Counted from the first letter of the stretch, positions 17,800 through 28,605 are shown. The stretch: 64,000 bases of DNA from Gammaproteobacteria bacterium (GCA_031425935.1 JANPKH010000331.1:14870-78869), one strand, 5' to 3'. A program made the numbers and translations. The notes: a model not told the origin generated them from the letters alone.

Positions 17800-19923
17800 T
17801 TACAGCGTTTTAATGTATTCAATTAAGTCCCATCTATCTTGTTCTGTCAGTGGCTCCATACCATCTCGGCCCGTTCCATAGTCATGTCCTATGTTCAGAT
17901 CACCCACCCGTAAGGTTTGAAATTTGAATCCGGCATCATCTGCACATTGAAAGCCCACAGTTACCAGATCAAGCTCGCGGCAGCCTACCTGAAAGGAGTC
18001 TGGACGATACTGGCCTTCATCTGGATCACCTTCCCGTTTTTTCGGTAAAAGTAGACTATAAAGGTTAGGTATCGAACCATTATGTAAGTAGGGTGCGGTT
18101 GCCCAAACTCCATTTAATGAACGCGCCTTATATGACAACAAAGATTGAAAAGGTTTGGCGGTAGTATCAACTAAATAATTACCGGATTTTACACTTTCCC
18201 TAATCTCGTTATCAAAAAATGATTTGATTAATAAGTACAACCAAAACACTCTCCGAGATATGAAATTCATATCGGCGTCAGGAGTAGCAACTGTACCAAT
18301 AGTGACGGCTGTAAGTATTTGTGCAACCGGCGCACGACTTTGAATTACCACAGAGCCAACATCAGTTTTTTGATACACCGATTCAAAATTGCCCGAGTAA
18401 CCCGTGTACTCAACACTGTGTTTGGCCATCGCCGGGTCTGTGCCAATGACGTTGATATCAGACATATTAACCGTGACTAAGCGATCCCAGTCAGTGCGAT
18501 CAATCACTTGATGACAAGATTGACAATATTGGTGGTATATCATCGCTCCACGGGCTGTCTTTTCTGCGTCTATCCTCCCCAAATCCCCCACCCCGAGTGC
18601 CTCCATTGCATCTTCCCAGCGCGGTGACGTTAAACTTTGCAAGTGTGATTCAAGCCGCGACAAATTCGGCAAATCAATAGAAGATTTGAAATTAATCCGT
18701 GGTCTTTTGCTACTTTGTCCGGAAATGAATCCAGACACGCTAAATCCAGGTTTAACTGCAGTCCAATCTAGCGACGCAAATACACCAATAACCTCGCCGG
18801 CATTACGTCCTAAGGGTGAAGCACCAGCGTTAGCCGCAATCGAGTTCCACTGTACATAGTCGGAATGGGTGATATCCCACAAGTAGGGATAGCTTACGGG
18901 TGCGCTTGGTTCGTTAAAAAGCGCGTTGCGCACGCGCATCATATCGTGTTGACCCAAGCCAGGAAAATCGCCCTCTTTTTTCCTTAAGCGGTTTAAAATT
19001 ATATCAAATTGCCTATCTCCAATAATGATTTCACTAATGCCGTTTAAAACAGCATCGACTTGTGTTTTGGTTAATATGCGACGCCTCTCGGCATTAACAA
19101 TTTGTAGTAGTGCGAGGCGTAATTGCGCTTTATTGATTACATGCTGCAACACTCGATTATATATGCGGCCAAAGGCATCTAAACGCGCATAACCGTATTC
19201 AATATGGCTGTGATTAATGGTGTTATAGGCTTCGATTGTATCTGTCCATTTATTTAAATCTACGATGATCTCTTCCGGCTTCGAATAGTCGTTATTTAAC
19301 GCTAAAACATTCTTTATAAAACGCTCGCGCTTCTGCACATCATCGCGCGCGGCTTCCAGGCTTTTTTCCAGCGCCGTTAAAAAGCCCACCATATCAGCCA
19401 TCGCTGGGCCACCATCAATGCGAACTGCCTTACCTTGGTAATTTACTTGACTGGTATGGCACGCAGCGCAGGTGTGTCCCACGTAATCTTTTTTCTGATA
19501 TTCATCTTTAACAAAGCCTACTGGCAACGCATCAGGATTAAAAAAAGTCTTTTTTTGCGGTAAATAGCGGTAAAAATCAATGCTTTTATCGGAACGCAAT
19601 AGTTCGGTGGAGCCTGCTTGCTCTAACACCAGAAAAAAATCGTATGGTAATAAATTCGACCCTTGGGTCGTGTTGTAAAACCAGAGACTATCGGATTCAT
19701 TCCAGCCTTGATCTATATACTTTGGAGTTTCATAACTTTCTCCAAATGCGCCATTGCTAACAGCGATGGCGCCACGATCAGCATCGTTATCCCATCTTTG
19801 ATAACCCTTCCAACTCACCAGCGCTACTATCACAGCAAGAATGAGCGCAATTTTTATTTTAACGATAAGGCGAATATGACGTCGTGTGTGATGATATGAA
19901 TTAAAAATTAATTTTCTAATCAT
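17800..19923 (-). CDS. Large di-haem c-type cytochrome (bacterial CCP/RoxA-related family)
   Basis: CAACH and CQSCH haem motifs; YKARSLNGVWATAPYLHNGS; N-terminal membrane anchor. Confidence 0.88.
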   Translation of the reverse strand: MIRKLIFNSYHHTRRHIRLIVKIKIALILAVIVALVSWKGYQRWDNDADRGAIAVSNGAFGESYETPKYIDQGWNESDSLWFYNTTQGSNLLPYDFFLVLEQAGSTELLRSDKSIDFYRYLPQKKTFFNPDALPVGFVKDEYQKKDYVGHTCAACHTSQVNYQGKAVRIDGGPAMADMVGFLTALEKSLEAARDDVQKRERFIKNVLALNNDYSKPEEIIVDLNKWTDTIEAYNTINHSHIEYGYARLDAFGRIYNRVLQHVINKAQLRLALLQIVNAERRRILTKTQVDAVLNGISEIIIGDRQFDIILNRLRKKEGDFPGLGQHDMMRVRNALFNEPSAPVSYPYLWDITHSDYVQWNSIAANAGASPLGRNAGEVIGVFASLDWTAVKPGFSVSGFISGQSSKRPRINFKSSIDLPNLSRLESHLQSLTSPRWEDAMEALGVGDLGRIDAEKTARGAMIYHQYCQSCHQVIDRTDWDRLVTVNMSDINVIGTDPAMAKHSVEYTGYSGNFESVYQKTDVGSVVIQSRAPVAQILTAVTIGTVATPDADMNFISRRVFWLYLLIKSFFDNEIRESVKSGNYLVDTTAKPFQSLLSYKARSLNGVWATAPYLHNGSIPNLYSLLLPKKREGDPDEGQYRPDSFQVGCRELDLVTVGFQCADDAGFKFQTLRVGDLNIGHDYGTGRDGMEPLTEQDRWDLIEYIKTL

Positions 19924-20180
19924 GATGGACTCCTAAGAAAATCCCGTTTAGAGTTTATGTGAAGGCTTGAAAATAGCGCTTATTTTTATTGATGAGACAA
20001 CATAATAGAACTTAAAAATAACGTGTAATGATAACCAGCAAGGCTTGCGCATACCAGCAACAAATGCATTTAACACATTTTTTGCCCATTAACCACTACA
20101 ATATAGCGTAAATTTTCTTATTTTCACCCAATGCTAATGTTTAAATACACGTCAATCTTTGTTAGTGTTGTGCGTTCATA

Positions 20181-20209
20181 TCGTCATTTCTTTATCATTC
20201 TGCTGTCAT
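20181..20209 (+). promoter_or_regulatory. Putative Pho box upstream of ppk1
   Basis: TCGTCAT-N4-TTATCAT-N4-CTGTCAT, an 11-bp periodicity matching the PhoB half-site CTGTCAT. Confidence 0.6.
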
Positions 20210-20233
20210 TAGCTTTATTGTCTGGGGTTTATT

Positions 20234-22297
20234 GTGTCTAGCGCTTTTTTTAATCGTGAGTTAAGCCTGCTCGAATTTAACCAACGCGTACTTTATCAAG
20301 CCTACAACAAGAACTTACCACTTTTGGAACGGCTTAGATTTCTTTGTATTTTTTCTACAAATCTTGACGAGTTTTTTGAAGTTCGTGTTGGCGGTTTGGT
20401 TGAGCGTCTTGAACTGCCAACTGCCTCAACATTGGAGCCTGACGGTTTAACCGAAATACAAACACTAGAACAGATTTCTGTACGTGCGCGACATTTAGTT
20501 ATCGAACAATATCAAATCTTGAATAATGAAATATTGCCAGTATTACGCGAAAATAATATTAGCGTATTGCGTCGTGAGGAATGGACACCTGCGCATATCA
20601 GCTATCTAAAAGATTTTTTTGTTTCTGATGTTCTTCCGGTATTAAGTCCTATCGGGCTCGACCCCGCGCACCCTTTCCCCCGCATCCTCAATAAAAGTTT
20701 AAATTTTATTGTTAAGTTAAGCGGCAAAGATGCTTTTGGCCGCAGCTCTGATTGTGCCATTGTCCAGGTGCCGCGCTCTCTCCCGCACATTATCGAGCTG
20801 CCAGCGGAATGCACTACACAAGGTCGAGAGTTTGTTTTTATTTCTTCCATTATTCATTTCTTCATGTCTGAAATATTTGTTGGCATGAACGTGATTAACA
20901 GTTATCAATTTCGATTGACGCGTAACTCCGATATTTTTCTGGATGAAGAAGAAACCGAAGATTTGTTACGTGCATTACAAGGTGAGTTAGCACAACGCCA
21001 ATACGGGGATGAAGTGCGTTTGGAAATTTCTAACACCTGTCCGAATGAATTGGTAAAGTTTTTACTGCAGCGTTGCGATATTAAAGAACGTGATTTATAC
21101 AATATTAATGGGCCGGTAAATTTAAATCGCTACAGTGATTTATTTGATTTAGTCAAAGATAAAAATTTTTATTTCCGCCCCTTTATTCAATCCATGCCGA
21201 AACTACCTAAACGCACTAACAGCTATTTTGATTTACTGCAAAAGCAAGATATTTTATTGCATCATCCCTTTGATTCATTTCAATGTGTAGTTGATTTTTT
21301 GCGTGAGTCTGCCAACGATCCCCATGTACTCGCTATAAAGCAAACACTCTATCGGACCGGCTCAAACTCACCGATAGTAGATGCCCTAGTCGCCGCAGCA
21401 AAAGCAGGCAAAGAAGTTACCGCTATTGTTGAATTACGGGCGCGCTTTAATGAAGAAGAAAACGTTGCCTTGGCCGAGCGTTTGCAGCGTTACGGTATTC
21501 ACGTAATTTACGGCGTTGTAGGTTTTAAAACACATGCGAAAATGTTGTTAGTTGCACGCCGCGAAGTAGGAAAGCTGCAATATTACGTGCATATGGGTAC
21601 CGGTAATTATCACCCGAAAACTAGTAAGCTTTATACGGACTATGGTTTATTGACCTCGGACAAAGATATTGGCGATGATGTTTATCGTATTTTTTTACAA
21701 TTGAGCAGTTTGGGAAAGGCAGCCAAAATGGATGCACTTTTATATGCGCCTTTTACTTTGCACAAAGGACTTGTACGCCGTATCCGTAGCGAAAAAGAAC
21801 ATGCCGAGCAAGGAAAACCTGCCCGTATCATTGCCAAAATGAATGCGCTTTATGACGAAGTTCTTGTAAATGAGCTGTATTCCGCTTCGCAAGCAGGAGT
21901 ACAAATTGATTTAATAATCCGCGGTGTTTGCCAATTGCGTCCAGGAGTAGCAGGGCTTTCAGATAACATTCGTGTACGTTCAATTATAGGCCGATTTTTA
22001 GAACACTCGCGCGTATTTTATTTTGAAAATAACGACAATCCTGAGCTATATTGCTCAAGTGCTGACTGGATGAGCAGAAATATGTTTCATCGGGTTGAAA
22101 CCTGTTTTCCTATTAAATCCAAAAAAATACGCGATCGCTTAATTGACGATTTAAAACTTTATCTCGCTGACAACACCCATTCATGGCTATTATCTGAAGA
22201 TGGTAGTTATCATCTTAAGCAACCATTAGAAGATATTAACCCTATAGATGCACAAGCTATTTTGCTAGATCGTTGGTCAGCACGAATTACTAATTAG
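20234..22297 (+). CDS. ppk1: Polyphosphate kinase 1
   Basis: NRELSLLEFNQRVL, PAHPFP, LLHHPFDSF, KTHAK, GRFLEHSR. Confidence 0.97.
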   Translation: MSSAFFNRELSLLEFNQRVLYQAYNKNLPLLERLRFLCIFSTNLDEFFEVRVGGLVERLELPTASTLEPDGLTEIQTLEQISVRARHLVIEQYQILNNEILPVLRENNISVLRREEWTPAHISYLKDFFVSDVLPVLSPIGLDPAHPFPRILNKSLNFIVKLSGKDAFGRSSDCAIVQVPRSLPHIIELPAECTTQGREFVFISSIIHFFMSEIFVGMNVINSYQFRLTRNSDIFLDEEETEDLLRALQGELAQRQYGDEVRLEISNTCPNELVKFLLQRCDIKERDLYNINGPVNLNRYSDLFDLVKDKNFYFRPFIQSMPKLPKRTNSYFDLLQKQDILLHHPFDSFQCVVDFLRESANDPHVLAIKQTLYRTGSNSPIVDALVAAAKAGKEVTAIVELRARFNEEENVALAERLQRYGIHVIYGVVGFKTHAKMLLVARREVGKLQYYVHMGTGNYHPKTSKLYTDYGLLTSDKDIGDDVYRIFLQLSSLGKAAKMDALLYAPFTLHKGLVRRIRSEKEHAEQGKPARIIAKMNALYDEVLVNELYSASQAGVQIDLIIRGVCQLRPGVAGLSDNIRVRSIIGRFLEHSRVFYFENNDNPELYCSSADWMSRNMFHRVETCFPIKSKKIRDRLIDDLKLYLADNTHSWLLSEDGSYHLKQPLEDINPIDAQAILLDRWSARITN

Positions 22298-22313
22298 AAC
22301 CTTAACTGCTAAC

Positions 22314-23822
22314 TCACGCGTTTTCGTGTAATACGAGATGATAATTTATATCCTGCAAATAACGGATTTCAGTTTCTAAATCAGCACGTGTTAACGGATG
22401 CTGATTAAACCATTGTTGCGGAATTTGTAATGTAATTTTTTTATCATTTGCACTTAATATTAAATTAGGTAATTTATCTTTTTTCTTCCCACGATGGAAA
22501 ATTGCTGCGAGGCGCAACAAAATAGCCAAACGAATTAAATTTTCCCCATCATGCAAAAAGCATTTACTTGGGAACCTTTTACGGTGTGCCAGTACCAGTG
22601 CAGCTAAATGCGTTTGCTCCACGCGCGAACAACCCGCTAAATCAACATGCTGAACGATATAGGCGCTGTGTTTGTGATAGTCATTGTGCGCAATATCTAA
22701 TCCTACTAGATACAATCGCGTTGCCCAAGCTAGCAATTTACTGGCCTCAATATCATTCAGTTGCCAGCTATCGGCCACCTGAGCTAGCAATTCCAGCGCA
22801 GTTTTTTCCACGCGTTTTGCTTTTTCGATATTGACATGAAACCGCTCTGCCAATGCATCTACACTTGCCTGGCGAATATCATGATTTTCAAGCCGCCCTT
22901 TTAAATCAAACAATAGCCCTTCACGCAATGCCCAGCTAGCAGCGGTCATTTCTTTAAGTTGCAAGCTCTCAAATAGAGCTTTAAGTACGATGACACCTGC
23001 CAAAAAAACTGCTTGGCGATCTTCAGCAAGTCCGGGAATTTTTAAATCCGTACTTCCGTGCTGAACATAAAGCCGAATTATTTTTTCTAAACTTTCAGCC
23101 CGAATAGTTCCGTTACTCCATCCTTTTGCTTCGCAGACTTTTGAAACAGTTTTAATAGTGCCTGACGCACCTAAGACCTCGCGCCAACCTTGTTGTAAAA
23201 ATGATTCACAAACAGGCTCTAATTCTTGTAAGCACGCAATGAAAGCAGTATTGATATTTTTTTCGCTAACATTGCCCGCTAAAAAAAATCTTTTAGTAAT
23301 GGCGACACAACCCATACTTAAACTTTCTTTTAAAAGAGGGGACATTCCTTCACCCACTATTATTTCTGTGCTACCGCCGCCAACATCAATTACCAAGCGT
23401 TTGCCAGCTTGCGGAGCGATGCAGTGGGCAACACCCAAATATACTAAACGCGCCTCTTCATCTCCCGAAATAATTTCTACAGGATGGCCAAGACGTAATT
23501 GTGCATCAGCCAAAAATTGACGCGAATCATTAATACTTCGTAATGTTTTAGTGCCGACAATACGTACACTGCGCGACGGGTATTCACGCAAACTTTCACC
23601 GAATTTTTCTAAGCAAGCTAATGCTCTCGTGCGCGCGTCATCACTCAATGACCCATCACTTTCCAAGCCCAAACCTAGACGTACTGGCTCACGTAAACGA
23701 TCCAGTAATACAAGCTGGCCATTATCCCATTTAGCAATAATCATATGAAAACTGTTGGAGCCTAAATCAATTGCAGCGATATGACTGGCTTTTAACGGAT
23801 CAACGCGAGATAGATTAAACAT
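22314..23822 (-). CDS. ppx: Exopolyphosphatase (Ppx/GppA family)
   Basis: AAIDLGSNSFH, ISGDEEARLVY, IDVGGGSTE, ALREG. Confidence 0.95.
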   Translation of the reverse strand: MFNLSRVDPLKASHIAAIDLGSNSFHMIIAKWDNGQLVLLDRLREPVRLGLGLESDGSLSDDARTRALACLEKFGESLREYPSRSVRIVGTKTLRSINDSRQFLADAQLRLGHPVEIISGDEEARLVYLGVAHCIAPQAGKRLVIDVGGGSTEIIVGEGMSPLLKESLSMGCVAITKRFFLAGNVSEKNINTAFIACLQELEPVCESFLQQGWREVLGASGTIKTVSKVCEAKGWSNGTIRAESLEKIIRLYVQHGSTDLKIPGLAEDRQAVFLAGVIVLKALFESLQLKEMTAASWALREGLLFDLKGRLENHDIRQASVDALAERFHVNIEKAKRVEKTALELLAQVADSWQLNDIEASKLLAWATRLYLVGLDIAHNDYHKHSAYIVQHVDLAGCSRVEQTHLAALVLAHRKRFPSKCFLHDGENLIRLAILLRLAAIFHRGKKKDKLPNLILSANDKKITLQIPQQWFNQHPLTRADLETEIRYLQDINYHLVLHENA

Positions 23823-23837
23823 CGGCTTTTACACCTG

Positions 23838-23865
23838 AAAAAAATTGCCCGACTAAAGTCGGGCA
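23838..23865 (-). terminator. Terminator-like hairpin after secB
   Basis: TGCCCGACT-AA-AGTCGGGCA with a T-run on the minus strand. Confidence 0.65.
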
Positions 23866-23899
23866 CTATTAATACAAATTCCCAATGGATACGATTCTA

Positions 23900-24418
23900 T
23901 TAATTAATCGTTACGCGACTGTCGCTTGTATTTCCCGCAGCTGCCTCCGCCTGCTGTTGTGCAATTGCAATTGCCTGCGCAAACACAGCATCAAAATTTA
24001 TAGGCGCCAGCATCAAAGGCGGGAACCCGCCTCGAACTAAAATGCTATCAATGGCTTCGCGGGCATAAGGGAACAAAATTTGTGGGCATAGCGTATTGAT
24101 TGCGTGACTTAGCTGCATTCCTTCTAACCCAGCAATTGCAAATAAACCGGCTTGCTTGATTTCTACTAGGAAAATAGCTTTATTTTCAATACGTGCAGTT
24201 ATCGTTAGTAATAACACTACTTCATGTAAACTTTCATCCAATCGATTTACTTGAATGTTTAAGTCTTGTTGAATTTTTGGATTCCACGTTTTGCCTAAAC
24301 CTTCAAGGCCGCTCGGAGTTTCAAATGAAATATCTTTCAAATAGATTTTTTGAATCGAAAATGCCATTTGTGGCTGCTTTTGTTCAGTGCTTTCTGAAAT
24401 ATTATTCTCTTCGGTCAT
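23900..24418 (-). CDS. secB: Protein-export chaperone SecB
   Basis: FSIQKIYLKDISFETP, CPQILFPYAR, GGFPPLMLAPINFDA. Confidence 0.96.
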   Translation of the reverse strand: MTEENNISESTEQKQPQMAFSIQKIYLKDISFETPSGLEGLGKTWNPKIQQDLNIQVNRLDESLHEVVLLLTITARIENKAIFLVEIKQAGLFAIAGLEGMQLSHAINTLCPQILFPYAREAIDSILVRGGFPPLMLAPINFDAVFAQAIAIAQQQAEAAAGNTSDSRVTIN

Positions 24419-24474
24419 AAGGACGCCTCTTACTAATTTTGATTTTTTTACTATCTATAATGCGAGTATTGTAT

Positions 24475-24729
24475 TTATTTCTGTAAAAGCTCATCAAGCT
24501 TACCTTGCTTATCCAGTGCCCATAATTCAGTAAACCCACCAACGTGATAATCGTTAATCCAAATTTGTGGTACAGTTTTTTGTCCACTTTTCTGCATCAT
24601 CTCATTGCGCAAATGTGGATTTTGGTCCACTCGAATTTCTTCAGCCACAACCCCTTTTTGGGCAAAAAGTTTCTTTGCGTTTACACAGTATGGACATATT
24701 GCTGTTGTGTACATTAAAACACGAGCCAT
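24475..24729 (-). CDS. grxC: Glutaredoxin 3
   Basis: CPYC, TVPQIWI, HVGGF; located between rhodanese and secB. Confidence 0.95.
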   Translation of the reverse strand: MARVLMYTTAICPYCVNAKKLFAQKGVVAEEIRVDQNPHLRNEMMQKSGQKTVPQIWINDYHVGGFTELWALDKQGKLDELLQK

Positions 24730-24746
24730 CTTAACCTCTGAGGATA

Positions 24747-25163
24747 TTATTTACCTTTAATTAACGGTAAATTTTGGTTTTGCCACTCACTAATGCCGCC
24801 TGATAAACGTCTTACATCATATCCTTGCTTAGCAAGCACGCGCCCGATATGTCCTGAATGCTGACCCATTTTGTCAACAATAATAATAATTTTAGTTTTA
24901 TATTTTTCTAAAATAGCTACGTCAGTATTTATTTTTTCATGGGGGATACTAACGGCATCGATTAAATGGCCTGCTTTAAACTCTGCTGATGCGCGTATAT
25001 CCAGAACCACTGCTTTCTCAGAATTAAGTAGCCCTGTTAGTTCGTGGGTTGATATTGGCAATCCACTTTTTATCCTTTCTGACCATGAATAAACTATGAT
25101 CAACGCCGCTAGCCCACTAACTAATAGCCATTCTTGCATAACAAAATTTAAAAAATTCACCAT
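24747..25163 (-). CDS. Rhodanese-like membrane-anchored protein (YibN type)
   Basis: DIR...EFKAGHL, RLSGGISEW..NLP; conserved position before grxC-secB. Confidence 0.9.
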   Translation of the reverse strand: MVNFLNFVMQEWLLVSGLAALIIVYSWSERIKSGLPISTHELTGLLNSEKAVVLDIRASAEFKAGHLIDAVSIPHEKINTDVAILEKYKTKIIIIVDKMGQHSGHIGRVLAKQGYDVRRLSGGISEWQNQNLPLIKGK

Positions 25164-25272
25164 TTGTACCTACGCTCTTATTACATTTTACGAATCACAA
25201 AATTGTATGTTGGCAACATTATACACTTAGGGACGCAATGTATTGCTTTTTGCATAGCCTATTTCATTAATC

Positions 25273-25305
25273 AAAAAAAATGCCCGCGTATGCGAGCATT
25301 TTTTT
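25273..25305. terminator. Rho-independent terminator after the TPR gene
   Basis: A8-TGCCCGC-GTAT-GCGAGCA-T7 hairpin. Confidence 0.75.
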
Positions 25306-25319
25306 AACAGTAACTGGAA

Positions 25320-26594
25320 TTATTTTTTTGTATGCGCATAAATAATCCACAACCTTGAAAGCCGTGCCAAATTGGATTTATTTGACACCGCCTGAAACGA
25401 CTTAATCGCCTCTGCCTTTTTATTGATGTTTAAATTAGCTACGCCTAAACGCACATAAGCTTCATCAATAGAATTTACGCCCCCTTTAGCGGTTGCAGCT
25501 TTTAAAGTAGCAGCCGCTTTATCATTCAGACCATGTCCCAAATAAGCAGCGCCTATTTTTGCTAAGGCATCACCCGTTGGCAATGTTTGAGCCTCTTTAG
25601 CACTGACATCTAAACTAGCCAGATCTTGAGCTGCTTTGGTCTTAGCTAAATTTAATAGCCGCGTCTCACGCTCTTTATCTTTAGGTTGACCCAAAACGCC
25701 GGCGCTAATACCTGCTTCAAGTGCTTCTTTTGCAGTACCCGGATCAGTCATTGCCAACGCTAGCTCAGCCAATTCGATATATTCTTTCGCATCTAGAATA
25801 CCTAACGCTTTCTTGAGTCTCAAGATTTCAATAATCTCTCTTTCGGAATAACTGGCCTCATTGCTTAAATACTTAAACATATTTCGCCAGTATTCTTGTG
25901 TCGGATAATGATTCAGCAACGCTTCCAGCGTTGTAATAGTCCCAGCTTTATTATCCAATTTAAATTGCGTACTCATTAACAACTCGTACCAGCTTTTCTC
26001 GGGTGTTCTCTTGCCTTGTTCTGCTTGCTTAATTAACTTCTGGGTTAGCTCACCGGCAGTTTTGAAGTCGCCTTTTAAGTAATAAGAGCGCGCAATCATA
26101 TCCATCATTTCAGTATTGCTGCCGCTTTCTTTAATGTAGCGTTCACCATATTGAATCGCTTTAGGATAATCTTTTAATTGAAAATTAATTTTTGCTAAAA
26201 ATTCAATTTTTTCTGGCACTTCATTAGCAGGGATTTGATTCGCAGCTAACATAGCTTCATAAACTTTTGCCTGGCTTGCAAAATCTTTCATTTGTTGAAA
26301 GCAATAAGCTTTTAACTCATTGATAATTTTTTCTTCTTGCGCTGTTTTGCCCGAAATAGAAGCCGTTTCATTTACTTTATCAAGTGCTTCTTTAAACTTC
26401 TTTTGGGCAATTAATTGTTGGGCTTCTTGTAAGGGTTTACCCACTTTTTGACTAATTTTCGCCTTATCTGCAGCATATACAGCAGACGATGTAAGCACCA
26501 TTACAGAAGTAATGCTAGTAGCGACAACCATTACAAACGCTAAGGTTCGCGAAGTTGCTAAAATTAATTTTTTAACGCGCATACTCTTTACCAC
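25320..26594 (-). CDS. Periplasmic TPR-repeat protein associated with the TonB operon
   Basis: Signal peptide ending AVYA; repeated helical TPR-like motifs (A..Y...DY.KAI.Y). Confidence 0.8.
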   Translation of the reverse strand: MVKSMRVKKLILATSRTLAFVMVVATSITSVMVLTSSAVYAADKAKISQKVGKPLQEAQQLIAQKKFKEALDKVNETASISGKTAQEEKIINELKAYCFQQMKDFASQAKVYEAMLAANQIPANEVPEKIEFLAKINFQLKDYPKAIQYGERYIKESGSNTEMMDMIARSYYLKGDFKTAGELTQKLIKQAEQGKRTPEKSWYELLMSTQFKLDNKAGTITTLEALLNHYPTQEYWRNMFKYLSNEASYSEREIIEILRLKKALGILDAKEYIELAELALAMTDPGTAKEALEAGISAGVLGQPKDKERETRLLNLAKTKAAQDLASLDVSAKEAQTLPTGDALAKIGAAYLGHGLNDKAAATLKAATAKGGVNSIDEAYVRLGVANLNINKKAEAIKSFQAVSNKSNLARLSRLWIIYAHTKK

Positions 26595-26645
26595 TTCCTG
26601 TTCAATTACCGTTATTTAATTCTTTATGAAAAAAACGCTGGAATA

Positions 26646-27065
26646 TTATTCCAGCGCTTCGTTACCAACAATACCTATATTGGTTACACCTAAACGTTTA
26701 GCAGTAGCCAATACTTTTGCTACTGCATCATACTTGGCTAGTTTATTGGGTTTAAGGTGTAGCTCAGGCATAGGCACTTTACGTGCAGCCGAAGTAAGAT
26801 AACTTTTCAGCATTTGTCCACTTTCCACTTTACTGCCATTCCAATAAATTGTGGTATCAAAATCAATAACGATATCAATTACCTCTGGCGGCACATCAGG
26901 CGGCGCGCTGTTCGTCACAGGCATATCCAATTTCACCGCATGAGTTTGTGGTGGCAGCGTAATAATTAAAAAAACAATAAGCACTAGCATTAAATCGATG
27001 AGCGGGGTGGTATTCACCTCCACCATTACATCGCCTTCTGCTCCACTACCTACATTCATACCCAT
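26646..27065 (-). CDS. exbD: Biopolymer transport protein ExbD (second copy)
   Basis: EVNTTPLIDLMLVLIVFLII. Confidence 0.92.
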   Translation of the reverse strand: MGMNVGSGAEGDVMVEVNTTPLIDLMLVLIVFLIITLPPQTHAVKLDMPVTNSAPPDVPPEVIDIVIDFDTTIYWNGSKVESGQMLKSYLTSAARKVPMPELHLKPNKLAKYDAVAKVLATAKRLGVTNIGIVGNEALE

Positions 27066-27117
27066 GATAAATACCCTAAAAATATATTTATGCTTTTATA
27101 AAGCGTATTTATAAAAC

Positions 27118-27537
27118 TTATTCATTTCTTGGTTCAGTCAAGAAACCTACGCGAACTATGCCCGCCCTTTGGCAATATGCCACTATTCGACCAACATATT
27201 CATAGCGAGTATTAAGGTCCCCACGAATATGAACTTCTGGCTGAGGCTTCCTAGGTGCCATATCTCTTAATCTTTTAAATACTTCTTCTTTTGGAATTTG
27301 GGTTGCATTCCAATAAGTTTTACCTTCAGGGTCCACTGTAATTACAATATTTTCAGGCTTTGTAATTGTTGGAACGTTAGCAACGTTGGGAAGTTCAACT
27401 TTTTTAACATTACGTGCGACCGGAACAGCGATTAAGAAAACAATCAATAAAACCAACATCACATCCACTAGCGGAGTTGTGTTAATTGTGGCATTGAGTT
27501 GGTCTTCGCCTTCGCCGGAAGAGATATTCATCCCCAT
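27118..27537 (-). CDS. exbD: Biopolymer transport protein ExbD (first copy)
   Basis: INTTPLVDVMLVLLIVFLI, HIRGD. Confidence 0.92.
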   Translation of the reverse strand: MGMNISSGEGEDQLNATINTTPLVDVMLVLLIVFLIAVPVARNVKKVELPNVANVPTITKPENIVITVDPEGKTYWNATQIPKEEVFKRLRDMAPRKPQPEVHIRGDLNTRYEYVGRIVAYCQRAGIVRVGFLTEPRNE

Positions 27538-27638
27538 TTCTACTACCTCATTTCAAGTTTTACGAATGAAATTATGGGAGCTTAACGCTTTATGTTAAAA
27601 CCCCCATCTTTCATCAGGCATCTAACAACAATGTAAAA

Positions 27639-28535
27639 TTACTTGCCGCCCTGAATACCTAATACTAAGTAAGCATGAACATCAGCAGCAAAATGATGCA
27701 AATTTTCTGAAGTTACTTTGTTACGACGAATAAGCCAGTTATAGAAAAATACTGCTGGTACTGCTACCGCTAGACCAATTGCAGTCATGATCAACGCTTC
27801 ACCGACTGGGCCTGCTACTTTGTCAATGCTTGCTTGACCCGAAATGGCAATCGCGATTAGTGCATGATAAATACCATATACAGTACCAAACAAACCCACA
27901 AATGGAGAGGCTGATGCAACTGTAGCTAGCACTGCCATACCCGTTTGCAATTCGTTAGTAACGTTAGACACTGAACGTTGGATACACATACTTACCCAAC
28001 TTTCCAAATCGATTTTGTCGGTTTTCCCATCGTGACTTTTAACAGCATTCATTCCGTCTTCGGCTATCGCACGGTAGGCACTATTAGGTTTTAGATTATT
28101 TACGCCTTCTTTCAAGCTCTTAGCATCCCATACTTTACGTGCTTCTTTAGCTTGGCCATTTAAAGTTGACTGTGCTAGCAATTTAACAGCTGTGAGATAC
28201 CATGTTGCTGCAGACATAACCAGCATTAGGATAAGTACGGATCTCGCAACCCAGTCTGGAACACCGTTATGACCAGCCCACAAAGCACCAAGGGTAAATT
28301 GTTCTTTTGCATTTGTTTCTGCGTTTGCAGCTTCAAGAGCATTCGTTGCGTCAGCCTCAGGAACAGAAGCTTCAGCTTCCATTGGGGCTGGCTCGGCTGC
28401 CGGATCAACAGCGGGAGCTGGTGCAGTCTCTTCAACAGGAGCAAGAGCATCTTGCGCAAAAGCAGAACTAACTAAGAAATGCTGACCACCAAGTGCCAAC
28501 GCCAAAATTAAAACGGATGAAAGTTTTTTTAACAT
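27639..28535 (-). CDS. exbB: ExbB/TolQ/MotA proton channel protein with signal peptide and Pro/Ala linker
   Basis: SPFVGLFGTVYGI, EALIMTAIGLAVAVPA. Confidence 0.93.
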   Translation of the reverse strand: MLKKLSSVLILALALGGQHFLVSSAFAQDALAPVEETAPAPAVDPAAEPAPMEAEASVPEADATNALEAANAETNAKEQFTLGALWAGHNGVPDWVARSVLILMLVMSAATWYLTAVKLLAQSTLNGQAKEARKVWDAKSLKEGVNNLKPNSAYRAIAEDGMNAVKSHDGKTDKIDLESWVSMCIQRSVSNVTNELQTGMAVLATVASASPFVGLFGTVYGIYHALIAIAISGQASIDKVAGPVGEALIMTAIGLAVAVPAVFFYNWLIRRNKVTSENLHHFAADVHAYLVLGIQGGK

Positions 28536-28605
28536 TTTATTAACCCTGCAGTTAAATTATAAGATCTATTTTTAATGATTAATTCTATCAAGAAGCAAAA
28601 AATCT

